Source of the DNA: Cycas panzhihuaensis
Lineage: Eukaryota; Plantae; Cycadophyta
Assembly (NCBI GenBank): GCA_023213395.1
Contig: CM041465.1
Coordinates: forward strand, 60,271,741 to 60,335,740
Reading direction: 5' to 3'
DNA: 64,000 nucleotides
Below, in pieces: positions 1 through 13,648 of the stretch (positions within the stretch are counted from its first letter, which is position 1; each line of letters opens with the position of its first letter). Made by a program: the position numbers and the translations under genes. Under the pieces are notes generated by a model. It was given only the letters and a program-made list of their open reading frames with translations. It had not been told where the DNA came from and searched no databases.

Positions 1-60
1 AAGGTTTGGGGACCTAGTTAAAACCCCTTCAATTTAATTTTACCTTATCAAAAAAAAAAA
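1..60 (+). mobile_element. 3' end and poly(A) tail of an L1-type LINE (or a SINE sharing its tail) entering from the left edge
   Basis: Ends TTTTACCTTATC followed by A11. The same terminus ends the full-length L1 at about 58907-58930. Confidence 0.7.
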
Positions 61-3000
61 TAAAGCTTCACCATCTAACTATAGAGTCTTAGGCTCTATA
101 ATGGCTTCTTTTGATAATGCTCAATAAATAGAATTTCCTTCTATTGACCTAGTTGTCTTGGCAAGGTCTCAGGCGAAATAAGGTGAGTAATGTGCTACTA
201 AATAAGTTGTTATTATTGCTATTATTTCTACTAATAGACTAGAGAAGATGATTAGAGATGATGTTCCTCCAAAAGTACCTCAAATTACTAGGATTCCTAT
301 TTTGGATAAAAATTAAAAAGCCTTTAATGAGAAGTCTAAATATAACTATGATATTCTAAGGGAAATGAAAAAGTACCCTATTGGGATAAGTTGTTTTCAA
401 GCCATAAAGCTTCCTAAATAGAGATCCAAGTTAATCAAGCTGCTCTAGCAACAAAGAAATCCTCATATGAATGTTCAATCTTATAATAAAGGGTTGTCTA
501 TTATAGTCTTACCTTTTAGGTATAAAGATGATCTATTTTATGTCTCAATTAATAATTATGATGGTTTTATTCTTCATAATTGTATTATAGATATAGGGGC
601 TGCACATAATATCATGCCTTATGCTATTATGAAATCCTTAGGGCTTAAGGGGATGAAACCAACACAACAAATCTCAGCTTTAGATTCCAGTCCAATAACT
701 ACTATGGGTGAAATTAAAGACTTAGTTGTGCCTTTAATAGCCTATCAAAGATTACAACTCATATTATTATTATGATATCAGATATGCCTCCCATTTATGG
801 CATGCTTCTAGGTGGGGAATGGATCTATGACACTAGAGCAATCCCTGATCTTAGGACAGGGAATATTATATTTACACTTGGTAAGAATCTCATCACATTA
901 ACAAGAAAATAAAGACACATGAACCATGTGAAGAATGTAGTTAGTTCACCTTCTTGTTTTAGCTTTGATCCAAGTGGTTTAGGAACTTATATGGTTTTTT
1001 TATAAATTGATGTATTACCCACTATTAAAGAAGAGAAATATTATTCAAACTTGGTGAGGTAAGACTCTATTTGGGAGATGTTCCTTGATAGTATATTAAA
1101 ACATGGAGTAGGAGCAAGTGTAGTAATCCAATCCTTAAATGGTGAGTTATTCACTTTCTCATTCAAGTTATTATTTGATAATCCAAATAATATAACAAAG
1201 TATGAAGTTATTATCTAGGTTTACTAAAGGTTGTTGATTTAAAGGTTAAACTATTGAAAGTGAAAGGAGACTCAAAACTAGTTGTCAAGCAGCTAAAGAA
1301 CATGTGTTCTACTAAATGTAATAAATTAAAATCTTCTAAACAAAGGGTTTAAGACACTTTAGAGTAGTTTGATGATGTGGCAATAAAACACATTCCTAGG
1401 GATAACAATCAATTAGTAGACTCTTTAGTGGTTGTTGCCTCCTTGTTAGATGTATCTCATAATCCTCACAATAACCAGGGATTTGCAGAGATCATCATTA
1501 GAGCTTCTATTCTAGACAATATCAATGATTGGCATGTTTTTCATAATGAAGAACATGTTATGGATTTTTTTCAAGGATAAGATGATTTTGTAAATATGAG
1601 GATAACATATGAGGAGTTCTAAATAACAAAGGAAAAAAGTTCAAGTAACTACATAATAGAGTGAAAGTATATTTTTTAATGTTCTTTAATATGAGCTTAA
1701 ACTAAATAGAATACCTAAAAGGATTATTGGTCTAGAATAACTTTTTGACTATAGTAATGCTAAGAAGAAGGGAGTTGCTCAAAAGGAGGGCTTGAAGAGT
1801 ACTATCCAACCAAACATTCCAGTCAACTTGAATGCCTTTGAGGATCCCAAAATGACTTTTATAGGTCTAAAGTGTATAAATAGAGGAGAAAATTAATTGA
1901 ACTTTATATTAAGTTCAAAGATATTTTTGCATGAATAAATTAAGATTTAAAAATCTTCAAGCCTAAACTTATGTAGTATGTAATACTACTAAAACTGGGA
2001 GTCAAACCTTTTAGGTAAAAATAGAGAGCATTAAACCCTAAGATCAAAAACCTAATTTAGAATGAGTTACAAAATCTTAGAGATGCAAGCATCATATTCC
2101 CAGTTAGATTCCCACCTTAGGTAGCTAACTTAGTGTCTATTAGGAAGAGGAGTTTAGTAATTTGATTACAACATTTGTGAAAGACAATTACCCTTTACGT
2201 CGAATGGAGAAAATTTTATAAACAATAACAGGGCTAGAATTTATATCACATCTTAATGGATTTTTAAGGCATAATTAAATTACTGTAGTAGAGAAGGACA
2301 TGCACAAAAGTACTTTCACAACAATTTGGGGGACTTCTATCTATAAAAAGATGACGTTTAGTTTGATGAATATAGGTGGAATTTTTCAAAGGGCCATGGA
2401 TCACACATTCAAAAGTTTGGTAGGAGTGATCATTATGGTTTATCTTAATGACAAGATAGTATTTTCCAAATACAGGGATGATCATGTTAATCACCTTAGA
2501 ATTATTTTTTAGAGATGTTGGGAGTTTGAGATATCATTGAATCCCAAAAAGACAATCTTTAGAGTGCTAGTTAGTAAGTTACTTAGGCACATAGTTACAA
2601 AAGATGACACTTATATTAGTCTAGAAACTATTAGGGCTATCACATAGTTGCCTCTTCCTACAAATAAAAAAAGAGTCCAATCTTTCTTTAGAAATATTAA
2701 CTTTCTTAGAAGATTCATATCATATTTTATAGGAGTAAATCTTCCTATTAATTCCTTGCTTATGAAGGACATAAAATTTAGATAGACTAATGAACCTAAG
2801 GCAACTTTTCATCATATCAAGGACTACATCACTCATGCTCTAATATTAGCAAGTCCTCACTTTGATAGAAATTTTATCATCTATTCTTATACTTCTAATA
2901 TTGCATATATTACAATGTTAGTCTAGAAGGATGATGAAGGTAGGGAAAGACCCAATTATTTCATGAGCCATTCCTTTAAAGACTATTAATTGAATTATAC

Positions 3001-4600
3001 TCCAACTGAGAAGTAGGCTTATGCTTTGGTAAAGGCTATAGAGGATTTCAAGCCATGTAAACTTCATATTCCTACTATTATATATATGACACATTCTCTA
3101 ATTAAATCCATATTGAACTAGATAGAGTTGATAGGTATATGGGCTAAATGGTTGGACAAGATCTAGATAGTTGATTTAGAGGTCAAGCCAATGAAGCTAG
3201 TCAAGGGCCAAGAACTGTGTAGGTTGATTTCTAAGAGCCAAGCTGATAAACTATTATAGATGGAAGGAGAACTCAATGAAGGCTACCTCGAGGTAAATAA
3301 CCAAATCCCAACCCAAGGAGTTAAGGTTGAGCTTTCTAATCATTTTGATGTTTTTTCTCATATTATTATCCTTTACCTTGAAAATGGCCTTTATCTCAAT
3401 TCATTAGACAAGAAAGACAACAGGTCTTTGAAATTGAGATCAAGACCTTATGTCATATCAAAAGGATAGTTATAAAGAAGAGGGTATGATGGCATATTAC
3501 ACAAATAGCTAAAAAAACAAAAGGCAATTAACATATTGGATGAATTCCATAATGGCCTATGTGGAGGCATTTTTTAACCAAGACCCCAACCCATAAAATT
3601 ATCAAGGTAGGTTATCTTTGGCCTAATATTTTTAGAGATACTTTTAAAAAAACTAAGAGTTATATTTCATACCAACAATTTACAAGAAAGCATAAACTTA
3701 TTACTTTACCTTCAAAGCTTGTCTATGCTAAACAACCCTTTGAAAAATAGGGCTTAGACTTTATTAGGGCAATCGATCCCGCTTCCAATAAAGGTCATCA
3801 TTTTATTCTCATAATAATAGATTATTTACAAGATGGTTTGAGGCTACCTCTTTGAGGGAAGCTAGTACAATAGTGGTAATGAGCTTTTTTAAGCAAACTT
3901 TGATGCTTAGATTTAAAGTGCCAACTTAACTTATTTTTGGTAATGGTCCAACTTTCACATCAAAGAAAGTGGTAAGATTTTATAACAAGTTTGATATCAT
4001 TTTCAATACTTCTTCAAACTGTTATCCATAAGGGAATGGATTAGTAGAGTCCACTAGTAAAAATCTAGAAAGGATTCTTAAAAGGATAATCAAATAAAAC
4101 TAGAGTGATTTACATGAAAAAATCTTGTAAGCCTTGTGGGCTAGTAGGATAACAACCAAATAAGCCATTGGTTATTCACCTTATTTGTTGGTTTATGGTA
4201 AGAAGGCTATTCTTCCTCCCCATCTCACTCTTAGTGATCTATAATTGATTGGTTTTAATGAAGATAATTCACCAATTTCCAAGAGGCTATAGGATTTGAT
4301 TGCCCTAGAGGAAATAAGGCATGGTGCATAGGACATACCACACAAATATCAACCTAATGTGAGGAGGTATTTTGAGAGCTCTTTTATTGCCTAGAAGACC
4401 TTTAAGATTCATGACTAAGTATTTATATGGGATAAAGCTAGAGAGAAGCCAAGAGTGTATTATAAGTTTGGATCTTTATAACTCGACCCTCTAAAGGTAT
4501 TGACAAGAATGGAGACAATGTCTTTATACTTAAGAACTCAAATGGCCAGGTGCTACCCATTCTAGTTAATAGACTCTATCTCGAATTATTTCTTTCTTGA
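61..4600 (+). mobile_element. Decayed Ty3/Gypsy Tat-clade LTR retrotransposon internal region (PR-aRH-RT-RH-INT)
   Basis: Protease CIIDIGAAHNIMP (ORF 467-775). RNase H-like segment at about 1070-1445. RT KSTFTTIWG...FSLMNIGGIFQRAMD...VYLNDKIVFS (2300-2512). RH at about 2870-3190. Integrase CGGHF..KTPTHKI...GYLWP, PFEKxGLDFI and GNGLVES to the stop at 4600. Many stops and frameshifts. Confidence 0.9.
1070..1445 (+). pseudogene. Additional (archaeal-type) RNase H domain of the Tat element, located between protease and RT
   Basis: Manual translation gives WEMFLDS..KHGVGASVVI...FSFKLLFDNPNNITKYE...LKVKGDSKLVVKQL...IKHIPRDNNQLVDSL, matching the aRH/RNase HI pattern. Confidence 0.85.
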
Positions 4601-4737
4601 TTTTATACTTTCTTTCAACATTGTATATAGTAGGATAGTATTTTATATAGTTATTACTTTAGTTTAACCCATTAAGGGTCAAACAAAATAAGGAGGCTAA
4701 TTATTAAGCTTTTTTTCTCTCCTTACTCAGAAAAAGA

Positions 4738-5278
4738 TGTAAATATAGCATACATGTATTAATGGTTAATGTACATAGTCAAAATTTATATTAAGGGAGG
4801 TAGTAGTTGAGGACTTAATCCAAAGATGATGTATTAGACTTATGATTTTTATGTAAAGTGTCTAACTGTAATAAGTTTATGCCATATGTTAGATGTAATA
4901 TCCAATAACATGATTAATCCCCATTCACACTCTCTCATATATAATGGTATTTTATATTTATGATCACCTTGGGTTATGTACTATATAGAAATATGTGGCA
5001 TCACATAATGGTTGACCTTTGAAGGTTCTTACATATGGTAAGTTATTGTATAGGTATATACATGGCGATTCTCATAATTTGAAGTTTAGTCATTTTTTTC
5101 AATTTTTATTGTGCTTAACCTTGTATATACTTCATTCTTTTATGCTTTATTTCATTATTTTATATTTGCCTTATTTGCTATCATTATTCTAATATTGGGT
5201 CCATTATCATGTTACTATCTTATTCCAACATAATAGTTCTAGAGCATCACATTCCAATTATAACATGGTATTAGAGCC
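4738..5278 (+). mobile_element. LTR ending ...TAACA (5265) followed by a tRNA-iMet PBS
   Basis: TAACA directly followed by TGGTATTAGAGCC (5266-5278), a one-mismatch version of TGGTATCAGAGCC. The left LTR boundary is uncertain (4738 or about 4804). Confidence 0.55.
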
Positions 5279-6339
5279 TAAGGATCAAATCCTTAAGGAC
5301 TATTTTTAAGCTTATATATTTGTTAATTTTCAAAGCTTATTTTTTAGATTTTTTAGAGCCTTATTATTTTAGGAACCTATTTTTTAGTGCCATTTAGTAA
5401 CCTATAATGCATTTATTTTGAAAAATTTTTAGGCTATTTAAGGGTTCAATCATTATTATTCTTTGAAAGATTCTTTAGGGTTGTTATTTTATAAAGTTCA
5501 TGAAATTTTTAGGGCTACTTTATGTAAAGTTTTGAAGTTGATTTTGAAGTTGCTAAAAACGTTTTTTTTTAAAGCTAGAGTATTTCTCATAAATGTGTTG
5601 CACATGGAGTTAAAGCTATTTATTTGATGCTGCAATCTATTATTTCCTTTGGATTCTATTTTATACATATTATGCATAAATCTAGGGCATGTAGGTTGAT
5701 AAGATATGGAGTCTAAAAGTAGAAAAAAATGCAAATCTTTCCATGGAAGATATATTGGTTTATGGTCACCACTAGCCATGGTGATTCATAGGCCCCTATT
5801 AGAATAAAATAAATATAGTATCAAATTAAAAAGTTATTAATTATATTGATGTTTTTTAAGAGAGATGTAGTATGCAGTGCAACATCATAAATCTATAAAC
5901 AAAAATGTGATGGTTATTCAAAGCCATATTCCTTACCAAAATTTGTTTTATTGTAGATTGTTCAAAACTCTTGAAGGGTTTGTATCTTACCATAAAGTAT
6001 GATATGCTTACCTATAAATCTAGTGACTATAATATATATTTTTTTGTATGGATGCATATGTTTCTAGTTATATACTTGCCAATTTTCATATTATTTAGGT
6101 ATATCACATGCCACTATTAGAAGCCTTTTCGATGTCGTGTACTTAAAGAGTGAAGAGCTAATGTGATTTTACCATTCTTTGTGTATATATTATGTAATAT
6201 ATTCCATTCATTTAAAAGATAGTGAATGGTGTGTTGAATAAAATATTTATTAGTTCATCTTTAATTTTTGTACTTACTTATTATACAGATTATAGGCTAG
6301 ATCTCATTATAAATATATTTTTAAGGGGATACAGAAACA

Positions 6340-9300
6340 TTAGACAATAACACCTAGTCCCTAATAATAATAAAAAAATTGACTTCTAATAATTAAAATT
6401 GAGTTTGACTTCTATTAATCCATGATCTAGCCATAGCTATAGTTGACTTCCATTAGTGGTATAAGTCAATAACAATTCCTACTCCTTTGAAATATGCTTT
6501 ACCCATTAAGCATTGATAATAATACATGTCACTTCATTTGGGTAGGTCAATGAATTGGGTGATTATTGGGATAATGTCTAATTACAAGCATATGTGAGCA
6601 TCTTGGGCCTTTCTAACACATGTGAATAGTTTGGTTAAGAAGACTATTACAAGATTTTTAGTTGGAATAGAAAGGGCCTACAAGAATTTGGTGTGATAAT
6701 TAAAGCATAATACAGATGATAAAGAACCCAGTACTTCACAATAGAATAAAGCATATTGAGATGTAGCACCAATTATTTGAGAGCTAGCACAAGTAGGAGA
6801 AATTAAATTAGCATATTGCAGTATCGAAGATCAAGTAGCAAACATCTTCATAAAAACTTTGGGTAAGATCAAATTTCAGAAATTTAGAGACAAGTTAGGA
6901 GTTTTACATATTGTCCATTATGGGGGAGAATGTTGGGATAATACCCAATTTATAAACATATGTGCGTACCTTGGGCCCCTCAATAGCACCTTCTCAAATT
7001 CACTTCATGCCACTTAATACCATCAAGTAGCCGCCTACAATTGGCATGGAGTCGCCACAGCCACCTCAGGTATGATATTTTAATTATATGCTTAATATTT
7101 TAATAATTATTTGAATTTGAACTTAAGTCAAGTTGAGGTTCTTACTTCCTCCTAAAAATATCTATTTATAGGTGGGGAATACCTCCCTAGTGCTTTTTAA
7201 CACCACTGCTCTATAATCAGAAATTATATACTCTGAAGATGATGATTCGACACTTGTAATCCTCATGTTTTTCTCCTCAACGCCAACAATGATCACCCTT
7301 TATTCTATAGAGTGTCCCTCCTTTGTCTCCTTTTTCTAAAAGAATAATATAGTGAAGAAGCCCATATGGTTTTAGTAAATCATTCTTTATATTACTTTCT
7401 ATAGGTTTGACCTTTGATCCTAGGGTGCATATCTTAGTAGGTTGATATTTTTATATAATAACCCAATTATTCCTTATACTACCCTCCATAATTTCAAATT
7501 TTGGTGTTAGGATATAACTTCTTATTAGTTGGTATTATTGCCCATTGATTCTAAACTTGATAAAGCCCCTGTTATGATTTAAGGTGTAAGTCTTAAGTAT
7601 CTATAACCTTCTAACCACTAAGATTGCATCAAATCCTTCCATAAGGGTGGGATAGTAATTACCTAAAAACTCATAATTACTAATATGAAGTCATTGATAC
7701 TCAATCCTACTTAAGCTTTATTCTCTTGGGCATGTAATATAGGACTTCTATCTCTCTTTACATTTAATCCTAATTTCTTAGCTATCTAAGTATCAACCAA
7801 GTTATGAGCACTACCTAGATTAATGAGAATTACAACCTTTTCCATTTTGAGGTAACTAAATAGCTTGATGGTGTTGGCCTTTAATACCTCTGACATGGTT
7901 GGTAAGGGAACTTTAAATTGACTATCCTCTACTTTTATTTCTACCATATAGTTTGATTCTTTTTCAAGAGATTATTGTCCCTTTGAGTCTTTTTTGTGTT
8001 CTTCTCCTTTATCATCTTCAATATTAATCTCTTCATTAGTCTTCATGTATTAGTTTCTTTTGCTCCAATAGTTTTTACATGTGTGGTAAATGTTGAGTGC
8101 CTTTTCCCTAGCCTTTTTACCTTCTAGCTCCCTTTATGTAATGCCTAGGGATTTGTTAGTATAAAAACTATCATCTTGATAGCTCAAGGTTCCTTACTTA
8201 CTAAGCTCAATGCTCTTATATTTTAGGCCTTAGATTTTGAGCAGTGTCGTAATATTAAATCCTCTTTTAGTGATTTGATCTTTATCCTTTTCTGATTATA
8301 TCATGTTTCTTATTATATTTGATGTATTTATTTTAAAGTAAAGGACCTATATTTATATTATAGGTCTTGGGTTACTAATATATGGTGGGGGACCCTTAGT
8401 GAAGGAGGCACTAGCCTAACATATCCCATGTGTACATAGACCTATAAGGTGGTCTATAACAAATTTGATTTGATCCTTGGTATCACTAATATAATGTGAG
8501 TTGATGACCATTTTCATTTTTTCTAGATATTCGTCTACTTCAATTTCACCACCCTCTTAGTATAGTGGTGCTATAAAATTATCATGAAAATTTGGTGGTT
8601 AGATATCATTATGTCTTTTACATTCTCTTTAATCTTTATTATATACATTATATTTTTTCTTATCCTCTTCCTTATCAAGATTGATTCCCTTCTTAAGAGA
8701 TGAGTCCTCTAATATTTATTTTATTACATTTATATTAATTATTAGACTATTAAGTTTTGTATTGGTACTAACCCATTCTTACTAAGCCTTGTTGAGATTT
8801 GCCTCAAGGGATTGAAGTTCTTTAAAACTTCTATCTATTTTCTTTTCTCCCTTTTAGTACTCAACTATTTTAGGCTTTAGAAGACCTAAGCAAATCTCAA
8901 GTTTGATAACTTCCCAATGATCTCTTTAACTTATTTCAACATTTACTACATTAATTTAGCCCCAAAATGTTCAAAATTATAGCTTAAAATGATGGCATAT
9001 AAATAAGGATTCCAATGCTTCATATGAAATTGAATTATGATACTCATAATAGAAGTTATGGCCCTTTTAAGGTGGGCCATGATTAGTATTTTTTAGGGAT
9101 TACAATAGTACCTTTTACTAAAATATTAATAACTTTTTACTCCAATATCTAGTGGACCTAAAACTACTTCTAAAAGAAAGTAGGCATTAAGATACATAAA
9201 TGCAAAAAAAAAATGAAGGTCAATCAAATACTTATAGCAAAATTTATAGATATTTAAAGTTATAGTAGTAGATTTTGGGCCCGAAAAATAGTAATAAATA

Positions 9301-9815
9301 GTAGGTCAAATTTAAACTCCCTATAATTTTTGTATTTTCACTCTAAAATTTATGATGTAGCCACTCAAATTTTATAGAATTGGTTCGATGAACTCAAATT
9401 TATGATTTTTTTTTTTTACTTTAGACTCCTAAAAATGAAGATCTTTGATAGACTCATAATAAAGGTCTAATACCACTTAAAATGATCCTATATTAGATCT
9501 ACTTTATAAAAATAAGAAGAAAATTAAAAAGAAAGTTGAAATGAAGCTCCTAAAAGCCCAATGGTCAAAAGACCCTAAATGAATTTACTCATAAAAGATT
9601 ATTTATAAATGAATGATAATTCTTTAATTGATCACCTTTTAAAAATTCAACTTCCTAACAATAATAAAACTAACTTTTAATAATAATAATAAGATACCTA
9701 CTCCCTAATAATAATAAAACCAACTTCTAATAATTATAATTGAGGTTAATTGTTATCACTCCATGATCTAGCTATAACAATGCTTGACTTCTATTAGTGG
9801 TACAAGTTTATGACA
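6340..9815 (-). mobile_element. Decayed Gypsy (chromovirus-like) element with gag and protease but no visible RT/RH/INT
   Basis: 5' LTR 9478-9815 with PBS 9464-9475 (TGGTATTAGACC on minus). Partial 3' LTR about 6340-6474 homologous to 9690-9815, with PPT-like GGAGTAGGAAT at 6475-6485. Protease remnant KVVILINLGSAHNLVD at about 7795-7845. Confidence 0.65.
6564..7288 (+). mobile_element. Miniature internally deleted Ty1/Copia element (5' LTR stub, RNase H C-terminus, PPT, 3' LTR)
   Basis: 6564-6618 matches the LTR start at 6931 (T[A/G]TTGGGATAAT...CATATGTG..CTTGGGCC). RH reads WLRRLLQDF..PTRIWCDN..KNPVLHNRIKHIE..EDQVANIFIKTL..FQKFRDKLGV. PPT TGGGGGAGAA, LTR 6931-7288 (TGTTGG...CCAACA), TSD GTGAT/ATGAT. 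Confidence 0.85.
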
Positions 9816-12248
9816 CAAATGATTCAAATTCAAATTGATTAATATCATTTGAAGTATTGTATTTAGGGTGCTCCTTGATCTACTCCTTAAATTTAATTGA
9901 ACTAGCATTTTCATTAAAGGTCACATCATGAGTTATGTGTACCTTCTTAGTTGACAACTTGTAAACTCTATAAGATTTACTTTCTTTAGAGTATCTTACA
10001 AGGATATACTTTATAATTTTATCGTTTTCCTTTGGGATATATATATGTATATTGTGCATCTAAAATCTCTTAAATAATAAGTAATCAACATTTTATCTAA
10101 CCAAGCCTCATTAGGTGTTTTGTTACTAATAGTCATTATAATGCTTCTATTTATTAGATATGCAATTGTGTATATAACTTTAGCCCACAAGAAATTTGAT
10201 GCATCCTTGCCTTTTATTATAGATTTAGTTGTTTTAACTAATATTTTATTCATTCACTCAATAATTCCATTTTGTTAAGGCATGCCAGTAGTAGCAAACT
10301 TGCTCTTAATTTTGTGGTCCTTATAGAGTTGAGTAAATTTATTCAAAGCATACTTACCACCATTGTTAATTTGAAAGATCTTGATTTTATGTCTACTTTC
10401 ATTCTTTTCCAACTCCTTAAACTATCTAAAATAAGTGAATGCTTGTGATTTCTCTTTTAGTAGAAAAACTCATACTTTTTAAGAATAATCATCAATGAAG
10501 GGGATAAAATATCTTACTCTACCAAATAATATGACAAGTATTAGTTCATAAATATTTGAGTAAATTAATTTAAGGTTTTCTTTGGCTCTCCAGGCTTTCT
10601 TTTTTAGAAATAGTTCTCTGTGTTGTTTTTGAAAGATATAGGGTTCACATAGGTAAATTTTAATATTAATCAAATGAAGACCATAAACCATTTTTAATTT
10701 ATGCATCAATTAGAGACTAGAGTGGCTTATTTTTCATTCATATAAAATAAAAAAAAAATTAAGGTCAATTAGATACTTATAACCAAATTTATAAATATTT
10801 AAAGTTATAATAACATATTTTGGACCTTAAAAATAGTAACTAATAGTAAGTTGAATTTAAATTCCTTATAGTTTTTACAATTTTGCTCAAAAACCTATGG
10901 TATAACTACTTAAAATTTATATAATTAGTTTGGTAGACTCAAATTTATGATCTTTTTTTTCTCTTTCATTTATACTCTTGAAAATATAGATCTTTTATAG
11001 GCTAATAATAAAGCTTTGGTACCACTTACGATGATCCTAAATTAGATCTACTTTATAAAAACATAAAGAAAACTATAAAGAAAGTTGAAATGAAGTTCTT
11101 AAGAACCTAATGGTTGAAAGACCCTAAATGAAATAACTCATAAAAAATAATTTATAAATGAATGATAATTCTTTATTTAAAAGTGTCAAAATTGATCACT
11201 TTTTAAAAAATTAACTTCCTAGCAATAATAAAAGGGATTTATGATAATTATAATTGAAGCTAACTTATATCAATCCATGATCTAGCTATACTTATGCCTA
11301 ATTTCCATTAGTACTATAAGTCTATAACATAAATTATTCAAATTTAGGTTGATTAATATTATTTAAAGAACTACATTTAAGTTGCTCTTTACTCTACTCC
11401 TCAACTTCAATTGAACTAACATCTTTATTAATGGTTATATCATGAGTTGTGTACCTTCTTGGTTGACAACTTATAAACTCTATAAGATTTACTTTATTTA
11501 AAGTGTCATATAAGGATATACTTTATACTTTTGTCATCTAACTTTTATATTTTCCTTTAGGGCATATATGTATATTGTACACATAAAAGCTCTTAAATGA
11601 TAAGCAATTGACATTTTATCTAGTGAAGCCCCCTAAATATTTTGTTCCTAATAGTAATTATAGTACTTTTTATTCATTAGACATGCAATTGTGTTTATAA
11701 CTTCAACCTATAAGGAATTTGACATATCCTTACCTTGCATCATAAATTTAATATTTTCAACCAAAGTTATATTTATTCACTTAGTAACTACATTATGTTA
11801 AAGCATGTAAACAATAATAAACTGGCACTTGATTTTGTAGTCCTTATAGAACTAATTAAATTTATTGAAAGTGTAGTCACCACCATTATTAGTTTGGAAG
11901 ATCTTAATTTTCTATCTACTTTTATTCTTTGCCAACTCCTTGAACTATCTAATATAAATGAAGCCTTGTAATTTCTCCATTAGTTGAAAAACTCAAACTT
12001 TTTAAAAATAATCATCAATAAAGGGGATAAAATATCTTGCTCCACCAAATAATATGATAAGCATTAGTTTATAGATATCTAAGTAAACTAATATAAGGTT
12101 TTCTTTAGCTCTCCATACTTTCTATTTTAGAAATAGTTCTCTATGTTATTTTCCAAAGATACAGGGTTCACACATGCAATTTCTAATATTAATCAAAAGA
12201 AGACCATGCATCATTTTTAATTTATGCAACAATTAAAGACTAGAGTAG
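9195..12248. repeat. Old tandem duplication of about 1.53 kb (about 9195-10723 and about 10740-12246)
   Basis: Both units contain the same UTR, PBS, LTR (9478-9815 vs 11027-11329) and Copia integrase fragment in the same order. Roughly 80% similar by eye. Confidence 0.9.
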
Positions 12249-13648
12249 TTCAAATAGACCATTTGCTCATGCCATAATTTCTATTTTGGAGTTATAATAA
12301 GGAATGCTCTATATACTTCAAAGTTTCATTATTTGTACGAATTATTATCTTTAAGCCCTTTAGCTATAATCTTATTTTGTTTATCTCAAACCATCCACTA
12401 TTCTCAAGCAAATATCATAATCATGTTTTGGTATTTAATTCTACTTATTAAAAAAATACTAGCTTTCATTTTAGATACATATAAAACATTCTCTAAGTAT
12501 TGTCTTTCATTATTAAGTGTGATGAATGGTACTTTTCTAACTCCTATAATCTCAAGATCGATGTCATCCCTAATGGTGACCTTTTAATTCACTTCCCACA
12601 TCTCGTAAAACCATTCTAGTTTACTAGCCATATATCTCAATGCACTAAAATTAATGAACCAAACGTCTTATGTATTGAATATAATTTCATATATAGTAAT
12701 TAGTAGTCTCTTTACTATTTTAGTAGGTGCATTCTCTATTGTATTTATCATATGACCTCAATGTTTAAATGAATGCTACTATTATTATTGTTACTTTTGT
12801 TTTAGTTGTTAATTACTTAGGTTATTATTGATGATTTTGTTATTTCCATTCTTAATAATTCTTTTTTATATATCCCAACTTTCTACAATGGAAGTATATA
12901 GCCTTGTGCTACCCTTTAATCCTCCTATTTTTTCCTTCTAAATTATAGGCTTAAAAAACATGTTCTTCTTTAGAATGTATAAGTTTTTTCCATTTGATTT
13001 AGATGCTAGTCTATCCCGATAATTCATTATGCATATCCTTTATCTCTTGCTTGTGTAATAAAAGTAGAGGTTCTAAAGAACCGATTATCAAAATAGATAA
13101 TTTATCTAAAAGTGTTAATGTAGTTGAAAAATTTTCATATTAAATTGATAGGCTGCCCAAGATGTAGGTAATAATTTTTAAATAAGTTATTATTTCTTCT
13201 ATTATCATTAGTTGATACTAAAAGGGGATTTTACATGTTAAATATATTCAACCATGGTACCTATTTACTTAAAAATATAAAGATGACTCTAGAAGTTTAA
13301 GGCTCTCACATCATCCTTATATTTAAATAGGTTAATAATGATGTCCCACATCTACTTTAGTATAATGGTACATTTGATGTTCATTATGATACTCTCACTT
13401 ATTAACAAGCTAAGAAATCTAAATATGGCCTATATCTCATTTATCTCATTAAAGCCAACATCTTTATTTAGTTTATTTTTTAAAGCAATGATTTTTCTAT
13501 TATTTTTACCTATTACAAAATTATTATTATACTTCCATAAATTATTCAAATGAAAAGAACTAAATATTTGATGTTTTTAAGTAATATAATTTTTAGAACC
13601 AATTAATTTTTTAATGATAGAATCCATTATACCTTCTCCACTAGCCAT
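9816..13648 (-). mobile_element. Decayed Ty1/Copia gag-protease-integrase (integrase portion duplicated)
   Basis: Putative ATG at 13648, zinc knuckle remnant at about 12865-12900, protease DVWFINFSALRYM at about 12630-12670, KLWHEQM GAG-pre-integrase motif, and integrase RYFIPFIDDYS and FLWAKVIYTIAYLINRS...KTPNEAW. Confidence 0.85.
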
